From Pseudomonadota bacterium (GTDB lineage Bacteria > Pseudomonadota > Gammaproteobacteria > Burkholderiales > Burkholderiaceae_C), in assembly GCA_041180165.1 (NCBI GenBank), contig JBEGSC010000003.1:92902-156901 (forward strand): 64,000 nucleotides of DNA, in the 5' to 3' direction. How positions within the stretch are numbered: the first letter of the stretch is position 1; every line of letters begins with the position of its first letter. This document shows positions 50,716 through 60,978 of this stretch, piece by piece. The notes beneath the pieces were generated by a model. That model searched no databases. It was not told the origin of the DNA and saw only the letters and a list, made by a program, of their open reading frames with translations. Both the position numbers and the translations under genes were made by a program.

Positions 50716-52266
50716 CTAGGACTGGGTAAGCCTTTGGCGCAGTTCAGTTTTGAGTACTTTGCCGTAGTTGTTTTTGGGCAAGCTGTCGACCAATTCATAG
50801 CGCTTGGGGCGTTTGAAGCGGGCAATTTCGTTAAGGCAATAAGCGTCTAGGTCTTTGGCGCTAACGGTGCTGCCTGGTTGCGCCACCACAAAGGCGACGA
50901 TGACTTCACCCCACTCGGGGTCAGGTGCGCCGACCACAGCCACTTCGCTCACGCCTGGGGCTTGCAACAGTACTTCTTCTACCTCGCGTGGGTACACATT
51001 GGAGCCGCCGCTGATGATGAGGTCTTTGCTGCGATCTTTCAGGGTGAGAAAACCATGGGCGTCTAAGCAACCCATGTCACCCGTGAACAACCAGCCATCG
51101 CGAATGGCCGCTTGCGTGGCTTCTGGGTTGCGCCAGTAACCGGCCATGACGCTGTCGCCTTGGATGAGCACTTCACCCACTTCGCCTAGGGCCAGGTCAT
51201 TGCCATGTTCATCGGTGATGCGAATTTGTACCGGCGTTTGTGCCACGCCGATCGAGGCTAAGCGTTGCGCGTGCTCAGGGTGTGTGGCGTCGCTCAAATG
51301 AAAGCGAGAGAGCGCCGTGCCCACCATCGGGCTTTCACCTTGACCATAGATTTGCACAAAACGAGGCCCCATGATGCGCAGGGCGCGCTGAATGTCTGCG
51401 GCATACATGGGGGCACCGCCATAAACGATGGTTTTGAAGGCGCGTGCGCAGTCTGTGGATGTGAGTGATGTGTGTTCGGCATGGTCGACCAAGCGTTTGA
51501 CGATGGTGGGTGCGGCAAACATGGAGAGTGGCCCTACAGACTGTCCGAGTTCAAACAACTCCGCTGCGTCAAAACCACCAGAAGCTGGAACCACATGGCG
51601 TGCGCCAGCCATTAAATGTGGGATGGCGTACAAGCCTGCGCCGTGTGACATGGGTGCGGCGTAGACGATGGCATCTTGCGCAGCCACCGCATCCACATCG
51701 GTGAAGTAGGCCAGGCCCATGGTCATCAAATTGCGGTGGGTGATCATCACACCCTTGGGGCGGCCCGTGGTACCGCTGGTGTAAAACAACCAGGCAAGGT
51801 CGTTTGACTCTCGTTCGATGATGGGTTTTGCAGGGGGCACATCGCTTGCGGCAGGCATGGTCCATAGCTCATTGGCTTGCGCACTGTCGACATCAATGAC
51901 GCGTTGCAAGCCTGTGAGTTGTTGCTCTGTATCGGTGGTGATGTCGGATGTCACAAAGGCCCAACTGGCTTGCGCGTTGTCGAGGATCCATTGCGTTTCG
52001 CGCACATGCAACTTGGCATTGATAGGCACCACGGCCAGACCGGCCCACCATGCGCCAAATAGCACCTCAAGGTAGCGTGGATGGTTGTGCATGAACAGGG
52101 CGATGCGATCGCCGGGCTGCAAGCCGGCCTCTTCAAATTGTTGGGCCAAATGCGCGCAGCGTTGTGCCCATTGCGCGTAAGTTGCGACAGCCTGCGTGCC
52201 GTGAAAAATAGCCGCGCGGTTGGGAAACTGTCGCGCCATGCGCTGAAGTAAATGAGCCAAGTTCAA
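50716..52266 (-). CDS. Long-chain acyl-CoA ligase (AMP-binding)
   Basis: YTSGTTGRPKG, YGQGE, TGDMG, DRSKDLIISGGSNVYP, LPKNNYGK; probable TTG start. Confidence 0.92.
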   Translation of the reverse strand: MNLAHLLQRMARQFPNRAAIFHGTQAVATYAQWAQRCAHLAQQFEEAGLQPGDRIALFMHNHPRYLEVLFGAWWAGLAVVPINAKLHVRETQWILDNAQASWAFVTSDITTDTEQQLTGLQRVIDVDSAQANELWTMPAASDVPPAKPIIERESNDLAWLFYTSGTTGRPKGVMITHRNLMTMGLAYFTDVDAVAAQDAIVYAAPMSHGAGLYAIPHLMAGARHVVPASGGFDAAELFELGQSVGPLSMFAAPTIVKRLVDHAEHTSLTSTDCARAFKTIVYGGAPMYAADIQRALRIMGPRFVQIYGQGESPMVGTALSRFHLSDATHPEHAQRLASIGVAQTPVQIRITDEHGNDLALGEVGEVLIQGDSVMAGYWRNPEATQAAIRDGWLFTGDMGCLDAHGFLTLKDRSKDLIISGGSNVYPREVEEVLLQAPGVSEVAVVGAPDPEWGEVIVAFVVAQPGSTVSAKDLDAYCLNEIARFKRPKRYELVDSLPKNNYGKVLKTELRQRLTQS

Positions 52267-52334
52267 AGAAATCTCTCCACAAAGAGCTGATAGATGAACG
52301 ATACAACGATTAACTGTGGGAGGATTCAACTCTT

Positions 52335-53177
52335 ATGAATTCCAGTCAATCCACGAGCCAGCGCTCAGCCGAGGGCGCACGCCTTTCTAAACGCATCATG
52401 CAACTGCGCGACTGTTCGCGCCGCGAAGCCGAGCAATACATTGAGGCGGGTTTTGTACGCGTGGACGGTGTGGTGGTGCAAGAGCCGTCACGTCGGGTGA
52501 CCACCCAAAAAGTGACGGTGGATGCCCATGCCAGTCTGCTCAACCTCATGTCGGTGACGCTGATTTTGAACAAACCTGCAGGGTGGACGGATGGCTTAGA
52601 ACCTTTGCCGGTCAAGAGGCCTGTTGTTCGTTCAGTGGCAGCGGGGAAAGTTGGTCTGCCAGTTCGCGCACCCAGAGGCCCCCAAAATGTTCGAAGCTTG
52701 CTCACGCCTGAGCAGCACAGCAAGCAAGACCAAAGCGGCGTGCGTTTTTTGAAAAGCCATTTAGCCAGGCTGGATGCCAGCGTGCCGTTGGAATACGAGG
52801 CCAGCGGCTTGGTGGCGTTTACTCAAGACTTTCGTGTCCAGCGCAAGCTGATCGAGGACATGGCGTTCATCGAGCAAGAGCTCATCATTGATGTGCGTGG
52901 TGAGGTGTCCCCTGATGCACTGCGTCCCATTGAACGCGCCATGCGCGATGAGCGCTTGCGTTTGCCCGAATTAAAGATCAGCGTGGGCAGTGCCAATCCT
53001 GAGCGTAGCAAGCTGCGTTTGGCAGTGAAGGGGTCGCACCTTGGACTGGCGGTTTATCTGTGCAAACTGGCAGACCTAGAAATTCTGGCGCTGCGACGCA
53101 TTCGCTTAGGCCGCGTGAGCTTGGGTGATTTGCAGGAGGGGACTTGGCGCTACTTGGGAGAATTTGAGCGCTTTTAA
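52335..53177 (+). CDS. S4-domain RsuA/RluB/RluF-like pseudouridine synthase homologue with degenerate active site
   Basis: RLSKR..CSRREAE (S4), LNKP.G, SGL..FTQD, LRRIRLG; GRLD replaced by VPLE. Confidence 0.82.
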   Translation: MNSSQSTSQRSAEGARLSKRIMQLRDCSRREAEQYIEAGFVRVDGVVVQEPSRRVTTQKVTVDAHASLLNLMSVTLILNKPAGWTDGLEPLPVKRPVVRSVAAGKVGLPVRAPRGPQNVRSLLTPEQHSKQDQSGVRFLKSHLARLDASVPLEYEASGLVAFTQDFRVQRKLIEDMAFIEQELIIDVRGEVSPDALRPIERAMRDERLRLPELKISVGSANPERSKLRLAVKGSHLGLAVYLCKLADLEILALRRIRLGRVSLGDLQEGTWRYLGEFERF

Positions 53178-53196
53178 TGCTAATTGTTTACGGTGA

Positions 53197-53736
53197 TTAG
53201 TTGCTGTCGTTGCTGTTGGTTGGCACGCGGCGAGCACCGGTAAAACGGCGATCCCAGTATGCGTCACGCATGTCCTCAACCTTAACTTGCTTGCCAGGAC
53301 GAGGTGAATGGATGAACTTGTTATCGCCCACATAAATACCGACGTGACTGAAGGTTTGACGCATGGTGTTGAAGAACACTAGGTCGCCAGGTTTCAAGTC
53401 TTGTCGGTCTATTTTCTCTGTTGCTGCCGCTTGTTCGCTAGCTCGCCGAGGGAGAACTTTGCCAACTGTTTGCTCAAACATAGAGCGCACAAAGCCGCTG
53501 CAATCAAACCCTGTGCTGGCACTTGTTCCTCCACGACGGTATGGCACGCCCAAGAAAGTCATAGCGTTGCCGACCAAGTCAGAGGCCGTATCTCCAACTG
53601 ATTGACGAACTTGATCCATCTGCGCAACGATGCCGCGCTCCGCCAAATAGCGCTCAATGTCGTCTGCAGCGTTGTTCGACGGCGCAGCATGTGCACTGGC
53701 GACGCAACAGAGAATGAGAAGGAAACGTTTGAACAT
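53197..53736 (-). CDS. NlpC/P60 (C40) endopeptidase, secreted
   Basis: LGVPYRRGG, GFDCSG, PGDLVFF, HVGIY..FIHS. Confidence 0.93.
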   Translation of the reverse strand: MFKRFLLILCCVASAHAAPSNNAADDIERYLAERGIVAQMDQVRQSVGDTASDLVGNAMTFLGVPYRRGGTSASTGFDCSGFVRSMFEQTVGKVLPRRASEQAAATEKIDRQDLKPGDLVFFNTMRQTFSHVGIYVGDNKFIHSPRPGKQVKVEDMRDAYWDRRFTGARRVPTNSNDSN

Positions 53737-53787
53737 AACAGCACAGTATAGCTGATCTATTTGTGAAAATTGATCAGATTTGTGTTG

Positions 53788-53800
53788 TAAGTGGTTGATT
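53788..53800 (-). promoter_or_regulatory. IHF consensus site
   Basis: Reverse complement AATCAACCACTTA matches WATCAANNNNTTR in a divergent promoter. Confidence 0.45.
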
Positions 53801-53892
53801 CAATGAGGGTTAACTCGAATTGAGTCAATGTTTCCTAAGTGGGGTGTGGTCATCGTAGATACTCAGTGTTTTTTACACACATTTATCTTCGC

Positions 53893-54495
53893 ATGTTGCT
53901 CGACGATCAAGAATCTCAACTTGTACTGCTGGACTACCAAGCGCGCCTGATGCCCGCCATTTTTGAAGCAGATTTGGTGTTAGCCAATGCCATGCGTTTG
54001 GCACAAGCTGCGCATTGGATGGAAGTGCCGACCTTTGGCACTGAGCAGAACCCAGACAAGCTGGGTCAAAACCCTGCCCAGTTGCGCGCTTTGTGTCGTC
54101 GCACCATACCCAAGATGAGTTTCAGCGCTTGCCCAGACGGTTTGAGCGAAGTTTTGCGGCCATCTGCTCGTGCGCCTGCTGGCAACGCCCGCAGTTTGCC
54201 CAAGCATCTGCAAAAGGCCGTGCCTCAAGAGCCGACGCGTCAAAGTATTGTGATTGCCGGTTGTGAAGCGCATATTTGTTTGCTGCAAACCGCCTTGGAT
54301 TTGTTGGAGGAAGAGTATTCAGTTTGGGTTGTAACGGATGCCTGCGGATCTCGCACCGAGCGTAACCGCGACGCTGCGTTTGACCGCCTCGCTGGTGCCG
54401 GTGCAGAACTGGTCACAACTGAGATGGTGCTGTTTGAATGGCTACGCACAGCTGAGGCTGACCCGTTCAAAGAAATTCAGACTCTGGTCAAGTGA
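53893..54495 (+). CDS. Isochorismatase-family hydrolase
   Basis: LDYQARL, TEQNP, K..FS, GCEAHICLLQT, DACGSR. Confidence 0.9.
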   Translation: MLLDDQESQLVLLDYQARLMPAIFEADLVLANAMRLAQAAHWMEVPTFGTEQNPDKLGQNPAQLRALCRRTIPKMSFSACPDGLSEVLRPSARAPAGNARSLPKHLQKAVPQEPTRQSIVIAGCEAHICLLQTALDLLEEEYSVWVVTDACGSRTERNRDAAFDRLAGAGAELVTTEMVLFEWLRTAEADPFKEIQTLVK

Positions 54496-54609
54496 TACCA
54501 AAAATAATTTTTAGGGGAGGGTATTTACCCACCTGAAAAGTCAGCTTGTTGCAAGTCCGTCCTTCTCATAATTATGAATTCAGTACAGATTCGTTTTTAG
54601 GAGAGATAG

Positions 54610-56505
54610 ATGGTTGCGTACGCAGATTTTCACCGCCGTTCCATTGAGGACCGTGATGCTTTTTGGTCTGAGCAGGCCAAATTGGTGGATTGGGAAACCC
54701 AGCCCCAACAAATCTGTGACTACAGCAACCCGCCTTTTGCCAAGTGGTTCGTCGGCGGCAAAACCAATATTTGCTACAACGCAGTTGACCGCCACCTCAA
54801 AGATCGTGCCGATCAAGCGGCCTTGATCTTCGTTTCCACCGAAACCAACCAAGAGCACACCTACAGCTTTCGCGAGCTGCACGCCGAAGTGCAGCGCATG
54901 GCCGCCATTTTGAAAGACTTGGGCGTCACCAAGGGCGACCGCGTCTTGATCTACATGCCCATGATTGCCGAAGCAGCATTCGCCATGTTAGCCTGTACCC
55001 GTTTGGGCGCCATCCACTCGGTGGTGTTTGGTGGTTTTGCCTCTCACTCTTTGGCCACTCGCATTGAAGATGCGTCACCCAAGGTCATCATCAGCGCGGA
55101 CGCCGGTTCACGTGGTGGCAAGGGCGTGCCATACAAGCCGTTGCTCGATGAAGCCATCAACTTGTCTGCGCACAAGCCACAAAGCGTCATCATGGTTGAC
55201 CGCAAGTTGGCTGCATTCACGCCAGTGGCTGGTCGTGATGTGGACTACGCCACCGAGCGTGCCAAGCACATGGATGCAGTCGTGCCTTGTGAGTGGGTTG
55301 AGTCGACTCACCCCAGCTACACCTTGTACACATCGGGCACCACAGGCAAGCCAAAAGGCGTGCAGCGCGACACCGGTGGCTACACCGTGGCATTGGCGGC
55401 CAGCATTCCTAACATCTACCAAGGCAAACCTGGTGAGACCTTCTTCTGTACCAGCGACATCGGTTGGGTGGTGGGCCACAGCTACATCATCTACGGTCCA
55501 CTGATCGGTGGCATGGCCACCATCATGTACGAAGGTCTGCCCATTCGCCCAGACGGCGGAGTTTGGTGGAGCTTGGTGGAGAAGTACAAAGTTTCGGTCA
55601 TGTTCAGCGCGCCCACCGCGATTCGTGTGCTCAAAAAGCAAGACCCAGCGCTGCTCACCAAGTACGACTTGTCCACCCTCAAGGCCCTGTTCTTGGCTGG
55701 CGAACCTTTGGACGAGCCAACAGCTAAGTGGATTTCTGAAGGCCTGAATGGCAAAGCCATCATCGACAACTACTGGCAAACCGAAACCGGTTGGCCTATC
55801 TTGACCATTTGCAACGGCGTGGAAAAAGCGCCGAGCAAGTTTGGTTCGCCTGGCAAAGCGGTGTACGGCTACAACGTCAAGTTGGTCGATGACCAAACCG
55901 GTGAAGAGCTCACAGGTGCTAATCAAAAAGGCGTGTTGACCATCGAAGGCCCACTGCCTCCCGGTAACTTGCAAACCATTTGGGGTGACGACAACCGCTT
56001 CGTCAACACCTACTGGAAGACCGTGCCCAACAAGCTCGTGTACAGCACCTTCGACTGGGCTGTGCGTGACGAAGACGGCTACTACTTCATCTTGGGCCGT
56101 ACCGATGACGTGATCAACGTGGCCGGTCACCGCTTGGGCACCCGTGAAATCGAAGAGAGCATTTCTAGCCATCCCAACATCGCTGAAGTGGCGGTGGTCG
56201 GCGTGGCCGATCAGCTCAAAGGTCAAGTGGCCATGGCGTTTGCCATTGCCAAGGACGCTTCTGGTTTGACCAACGAAGCCGCCCACAAAGCCTTGGAAGC
56301 CGAAGTCATGAAGGTGGTGGACGGTCAGCTCGGCGCTGTGGCCCGTCCTGCACGCGTGATCTTCGTGACATCCTTGCCCAAGACACGCAGCGGTAAATTG
56401 CTGCGCCGTGCCATCCAAGCGGTGTGTGAGAAGCGCGATCCAGGTGACTTGACGACCATCGACGATCCAACTGCTTTGCAACAAATCAAAGACCAAATCG
56501 TTTGA
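54610..56505 (+). CDS. prpE: Propionate--CoA ligase
   Basis: YTSGTTGKPKGVQRD, DNYWQTETG, PKTRSGK; PrpE-type N-terminus. Confidence 0.88.
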   Translation: MVAYADFHRRSIEDRDAFWSEQAKLVDWETQPQQICDYSNPPFAKWFVGGKTNICYNAVDRHLKDRADQAALIFVSTETNQEHTYSFRELHAEVQRMAAILKDLGVTKGDRVLIYMPMIAEAAFAMLACTRLGAIHSVVFGGFASHSLATRIEDASPKVIISADAGSRGGKGVPYKPLLDEAINLSAHKPQSVIMVDRKLAAFTPVAGRDVDYATERAKHMDAVVPCEWVESTHPSYTLYTSGTTGKPKGVQRDTGGYTVALAASIPNIYQGKPGETFFCTSDIGWVVGHSYIIYGPLIGGMATIMYEGLPIRPDGGVWWSLVEKYKVSVMFSAPTAIRVLKKQDPALLTKYDLSTLKALFLAGEPLDEPTAKWISEGLNGKAIIDNYWQTETGWPILTICNGVEKAPSKFGSPGKAVYGYNVKLVDDQTGEELTGANQKGVLTIEGPLPPGNLQTIWGDDNRFVNTYWKTVPNKLVYSTFDWAVRDEDGYYFILGRTDDVINVAGHRLGTREIEESISSHPNIAEVAVVGVADQLKGQVAMAFAIAKDASGLTNEAAHKALEAEVMKVVDGQLGAVARPARVIFVTSLPKTRSGKLLRRAIQAVCEKRDPGDLTTIDDPTALQQIKDQIV

Positions 56506-56603
56506 TTTGGGGCTTGAAGACGCGATAACTATAAGAAAAGGCGCGCACGGCTAGGGTTTCGGTGGCACAATCTTGGATGCACTAGATCAATTCTGATCAC
56601 AGT

Positions 56604-56692
56604 CGCATCTGCTAACCGGTCCAGCCGTGTCGCAGAGGTTTTTTTCCAACCAACTAATGTTCCCTGCAGGGGAACGGAGGTCAGCGCAAATG
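56604..56692 (+). ncRNA. sucA RNA motif (cis-regulatory 5' UTR)
   Basis: TCTGCTAACCGGTCCAGCCGTGTCGCAGA stem, GGTT/AACC stem and GTTCCC/GGGAAC stem next to the GGAGG RBS of sucA; matches the betaproteobacterial sucA motif as recalled. Confidence 0.8.
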
Positions 56693-59554
56693 AGTGAGAC
56701 AACCGTCTACCAAGCCTATTCAGGCAATACCCATCTCTTCGGGGGCAACACGCCTTACGTTGAAGAGATGTACGAAAACTACCTAGCCAATCCAGGCAGC
56801 GTGCCCGATTCGTGGCGCGAGTACTTTGACGCGTTGTCACATGTGCCCGCAGTCGATGGCTCCAACGCCAAAGACGTGCCCCACATGCCCGTCATTAACG
56901 CTTTTGCTGAGCGCGCCAAAGCTGGCGGCACCAAAGTCGTCATGGCCAGCGAAAACGCCGAAATGGGCCGCAAGCGCACCGCTGTGCAGCAGCTCATCGC
57001 CGCTTACCGCAACGTCGGTCAACGCTGGGCAGACCTCGATCCACTCAAGCGCACCGAGCGTCCTCATATTCCTGATCTCGACCCTGCTTTCTACGGCTTC
57101 ACCGACGCCGACCAAGAAACCGTGTTCGACACCAGCAACACGTTCTTCGGCAAGAACAGCATGTCCTTGCGCGAGTTGCTCAACGCATTGCGTGAAACCT
57201 ACTGCGGCACTTTGGGTGCCGAGTTCATGTACACCTCAGAAATGGGTGAAAAGCGTTGGTGGCAAGAGAAGTTGGAAAGCATCCGCAGCAAGCCCAACTT
57301 CAACTCAGACCAAAAGAAAACAATCCTTGAGCACTTGACAGCTGCAGAAGGCTTGGAGCGTTACCTCCACACCAAGTATGTGGGTCAAAAGCGCTTCTCC
57401 CTCGAAGGTGGCGAAAGCTTCATCGCTGCGATGGACGAGCTGATTGAACAAGCCGGTATCAAAGGCATTCAAGAAGTTGTGATTGGAATGGCCCACCGCG
57501 GCCGTTTGAACGTGTTGGTCAACACCATGCGCAAGTTGCCTGCCGACTTGTTCGCTGAGTTCGATCACACAGCCCCCGAAGACCTGCCAGCCGGTGACGT
57601 CAAGTACCACCAAGGCTTCAGCTCTGATGTGTCCACCAAAGGCGGCCCCGTGCACTTGTCTTTGGCGTTCAATCCCTCTCACTTGGAAATCGTCAACCCC
57701 GTGGTTGAAGGTTCTGTGCGCGCTCGCATGGACCGCCGCGCTGATCCCACAGGTAGCCAAGTGTTGCCCGTGTTGGTCCACGGTGACTCCGCTTTCGGCG
57801 GCCAAGGCGTGAACCAAGAAACCTTGTGCTTGGCCCAAACCCGTGGTTACACCACTGGCGGCACGGTGCACATCATTGTGAACAACCAAATCGGTTTCAC
57901 CACCTCTGACCCACGCGACATGCGCTCTAGCGTGTTCTGTACCGACATCGTCAAGATGGTCGAAGCGCCTGTGTTGCACGTCAACGGTGATGATCCAGAA
58001 GCCGTGGTGTTGGCAACCCAGTTGGCTCTCGAGTACCGCATGACTTTCCGCAAGGACGTGGTCATCGACATCGTGTGTTTCCGTAAACTCGGCCACAACG
58101 AGCAAGACACCCCAGCGCTGACTCAGCCGCTGATGTACAAAAAAATCGCCGCTCACCCCGGTACCCGCAAGCTGTACGCCGACAAGTTGGCCACGCAAGG
58201 CTTGGGCGAGACGCTGGGCGACGAGATGGTCAAGGCCTACCGCGCCGCTTTGGACGCCGGCAAGCACTTGGACGATCCCGTTTTGACCAACTTCAAGACC
58301 AAGTACACCGTGGACTGGTCTCCCTTCATGGGCAAGAAGTGGACAGATGCTGGTGACACCGCCATTCCGATGACCGAGTGGAAGCGCTTGGCCGAACGAA
58401 TCACCACCATCCCAGACTCTGTGACGCCTCACGCTTTGGTGAAGAAGGTGTACGACGACCGCGCAGCCATGGGCCGTGGCGAGATCAATGTCGATTGGGG
58501 CATGGGCGAGCACATGGCTTTCGCATCCTTGGTGGCCAGCGGTTACCCCGTGCGTTTGTCAGGTGAAGATTGCGGCCGTGGCACGTTCACACACCGCCAC
58601 GCTGTGATTCACGACCAAAAGCGTGAAAAGTGGGACACAGGCACTTACGTTGCTCTGCAACACGTGACCGAAAACCAAGCGCCATTCACCGTGATCGATT
58701 CGATCTTGTCGGAAGAAGCGGTGCTCGGTTTTGAGTATGGCTACGCCTCTAATGATCCCAACACTTTGGTGATCTGGGAAGCCCAGTTCGGCGACTTCGC
58801 CAATGGCGCGCAAGTGGTGATCGACCAGTTCATCGCCTCCGGCGAAGTGAAGTGGGGCCGTGTGAATGGCTTGACCGTCATGTTGCCTCACGGCTACGAA
58901 GGTCAAGGCCCAGAGCACAGCTCTGCACGCCTCGAGCGCTTCATGCAATTGGCCGCCGACACCAACATGCAGATCGTCCAGCCCACCACAGCCAGCCAAA
59001 TCTTCCACGTGTTGCGTCGCCAAATGGTGCGCGACTTGCGTAAGCCTTTGATCATCTTCACACCCAAGTCCTTGCTGCGTAACAAAGACGCGACATCGCC
59101 TGTGTCTGAGTTCACCAAAGGTGGCTTCCAAACCGTCATCCCAGAAAACAAAGCACTCAAGGCCGACAAGGTCAAACGTGTGTTGGTCTGCTCTGGCAAG
59201 GTTTATTACGACCTGGTCAAAAAGCGTGAAGAGCTGGGTGCTGACGACGTCGCAATCTTGCGCGCCGAACAGCTCTATCCGTTCCCACACAAAGCTTTTG
59301 CGGCTGAACTCAAGAAGTACCCCAACGCCACTGAGTTGGTGTGGACGCAAGATGAGCCACAAAACCAAGGTGCATGGTTCTTTGTGCAGCACTACATCCA
59401 CGAAAACATGCTGCCTGGCCAAAAGCTCGGCTACTCAGGCCGTGCCGCTTCTGCGTCGCCAGCCGTGGGTTACTCACACTTGCACCAAGAGCAACAAAAG
59501 TCGCTCGTCGAAGGTGCATTCGCCAAGCTCAAGGGCTTTGTGCTGACCAAATAA
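56690..59554 (+). CDS. sucA: 2-oxoglutarate dehydrogenase E1
   Basis: KRFSLEG, GMAHRGRLN, GDVKYH, HGDSAF.GQG, WEAQFGDF, LPHGYEGQGPEHSS. Confidence 0.98.
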   Translation: MSETTVYQAYSGNTHLFGGNTPYVEEMYENYLANPGSVPDSWREYFDALSHVPAVDGSNAKDVPHMPVINAFAERAKAGGTKVVMASENAEMGRKRTAVQQLIAAYRNVGQRWADLDPLKRTERPHIPDLDPAFYGFTDADQETVFDTSNTFFGKNSMSLRELLNALRETYCGTLGAEFMYTSEMGEKRWWQEKLESIRSKPNFNSDQKKTILEHLTAAEGLERYLHTKYVGQKRFSLEGGESFIAAMDELIEQAGIKGIQEVVIGMAHRGRLNVLVNTMRKLPADLFAEFDHTAPEDLPAGDVKYHQGFSSDVSTKGGPVHLSLAFNPSHLEIVNPVVEGSVRARMDRRADPTGSQVLPVLVHGDSAFGGQGVNQETLCLAQTRGYTTGGTVHIIVNNQIGFTTSDPRDMRSSVFCTDIVKMVEAPVLHVNGDDPEAVVLATQLALEYRMTFRKDVVIDIVCFRKLGHNEQDTPALTQPLMYKKIAAHPGTRKLYADKLATQGLGETLGDEMVKAYRAALDAGKHLDDPVLTNFKTKYTVDWSPFMGKKWTDAGDTAIPMTEWKRLAERITTIPDSVTPHALVKKVYDDRAAMGRGEINVDWGMGEHMAFASLVASGYPVRLSGEDCGRGTFTHRHAVIHDQKREKWDTGTYVALQHVTENQAPFTVIDSILSEEAVLGFEYGYASNDPNTLVIWEAQFGDFANGAQVVIDQFIASGEVKWGRVNGLTVMLPHGYEGQGPEHSSARLERFMQLAADTNMQIVQPTTASQIFHVLRRQMVRDLRKPLIIFTPKSLLRNKDATSPVSEFTKGGFQTVIPENKALKADKVKRVLVCSGKVYYDLVKKREELGADDVAILRAEQLYPFPHKAFAAELKKYPNATELVWTQDEPQNQGAWFFVQHYIHENMLPGQKLGYSGRAASASPAVGYSHLHQEQQKSLVEGAFAKLKGFVLTK

Positions 59555-59592
59555 ATCGTTGAAACGAAATACCAGATACAGAAAGAATTGAT

Positions 59593-60867
59593 ATGGCAAT
59601 CATCGAAGTCAAAGTTCCTCAGCTGTCCGAATCTGTGGCTGAAGCCACCATGCTGCAATGGAAAAAGAAAGTGGGCGAGTCTGTCGCTGCAGACGAAATC
59701 TTGATCGACATCGAAACCGATAAGGTTGTGCTCGAAGTGCCAGCGCCAGCTGCTGGCGTGTTGTGCGAAATCGTGGTCGCTGACGGCGGCACAGTGACGG
59801 CCGAGCAACTCATCGCCAAGATCGACACCGACGGCAAAGTGGGTGCAGCTGCTGCAGCCCCAGCCGCCGCACCTGCTGCCGCGCCCGCCGCACCTGCTGC
59901 CGCGCCCGCCGCTGCTGCACCTGCAGCCGCTGCCGCTGCATCCACCAGCAAAGCTGGCGTGGCCATGCCAGCCGCTGCCAAGCTGATGGCTGACAACAAC
60001 CTGGCAGCTGGTTCTGTGGCTGGCACAGGCAAAGACGGCCGCGTTACCAAAGGTGATGTGTTGTCCGCTGTGGCCGGTGGCGTGCAATCCACTGCGGGTG
60101 TGATTCCCACGGGCGCTCCTACCAAAGCCTTGCCACAAGTGGCCGCACCTGCGGTGAACTTGGGTGATCGCCCAGAGCAACGCGTGCCCATGACCCGTTT
60201 GCGTGCCCGCGTGGCCGAGCGTTTGTTGCAATCGCAATCGACCAACGCCATTCTGACCACGTTCAACGAAATCAACATGGCCCCCGTCATGGACATGCGC
60301 AAGCGCATGCAAGAGAAGTTCGAAAAAGAGCACGGCGTCAAGCTGGGCTTTATGAGCTTCTTCGTCAAAGCGGCTGTGCACGCCTTGAAGAAGTTCCCCG
60401 TGTTGAACGCCTCGGTGGACGGCAACGACATCGTCTACCACGGCTACTTCGACATCGGTATCGCTGTGGGCTCACCACGCGGCTTGGTGGTGCCAATTCT
60501 GCGCAATGCCGACCAAATGAGCTTTGCTGAAATCGAGAAGAAGATCGCTGAATTCGGCGTGAAAGCGCGTGACGGCAAGTTGGGCATCGAAGAGATGACT
60601 GGCGGTACGTTCTCGATCTCCAACGGCGGTACCTTCGGTTCGATGATGTCGACACCGATCATCAACCCACCACAGTCTGCGATTTTGGGCGTGCACGCAA
60701 CCAAAGACCGCGCCATGGTGGAAAACGGCCAAGTCGTGGTTCGCCCCATGAACTACTTCGCGATGTCTTACGACCACCGCATCATTGACGGCCGTGAAGC
60801 TGTCTTGGGCTTGGTGGCGATGAAAGAAGCGCTGGAAGATCCAGCTCGCTTGTTGTTTGATATCTGA
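59593..60867 (+). CDS. sucB: Dihydrolipoamide succinyltransferase E2
   Basis: ETDKV lipoyl site, [18 protein letters not shown]. Confidence 0.98.
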   Translation: MAIIEVKVPQLSESVAEATMLQWKKKVGESVAADEILIDIETDKVVLEVPAPAAGVLCEIVVADGGTVTAEQLIAKIDTDGKVGAAAAAPAAAPAAAPAAPAAAPAAAAPAAAAAASTSKAGVAMPAAAKLMADNNLAAGSVAGTGKDGRVTKGDVLSAVAGGVQSTAGVIPTGAPTKALPQVAAPAVNLGDRPEQRVPMTRLRARVAERLLQSQSTNAILTTFNEINMAPVMDMRKRMQEKFEKEHGVKLGFMSFFVKAAVHALKKFPVLNASVDGNDIVYHGYFDIGIAVGSPRGLVVPILRNADQMSFAEIEKKIAEFGVKARDGKLGIEEMTGGTFSISNGGTFGSMMSTPIINPPQSAILGVHATKDRAMVENGQVVVRPMNYFAMSYDHRIIDGREAVLGLVAMKEALEDPARLLFDI

Positions 60868-60957
60868 TCACCCCCGTTTACGGCGCACTGTGTGTCGCCG
60901 AATCCCCCCTCAAGGGGGCCAACCCTGCGGCCTGGCAAAGCCAGTTCCGCGGGTTGC
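60868..60957. repeat. Multi-hairpin intergenic REP/MITE-like element
   Basis: Three hairpins: CGGCG..CGCCG (60881-60900), CCCCCT-CA-AGGGGG, and AACCC.GCGG-CTGGC-AAA-GCCAG-CCGCGGGTT. Confidence 0.55.
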
Positions 60958-60978
60958 CAAATAAATTAAAGGATTCAT

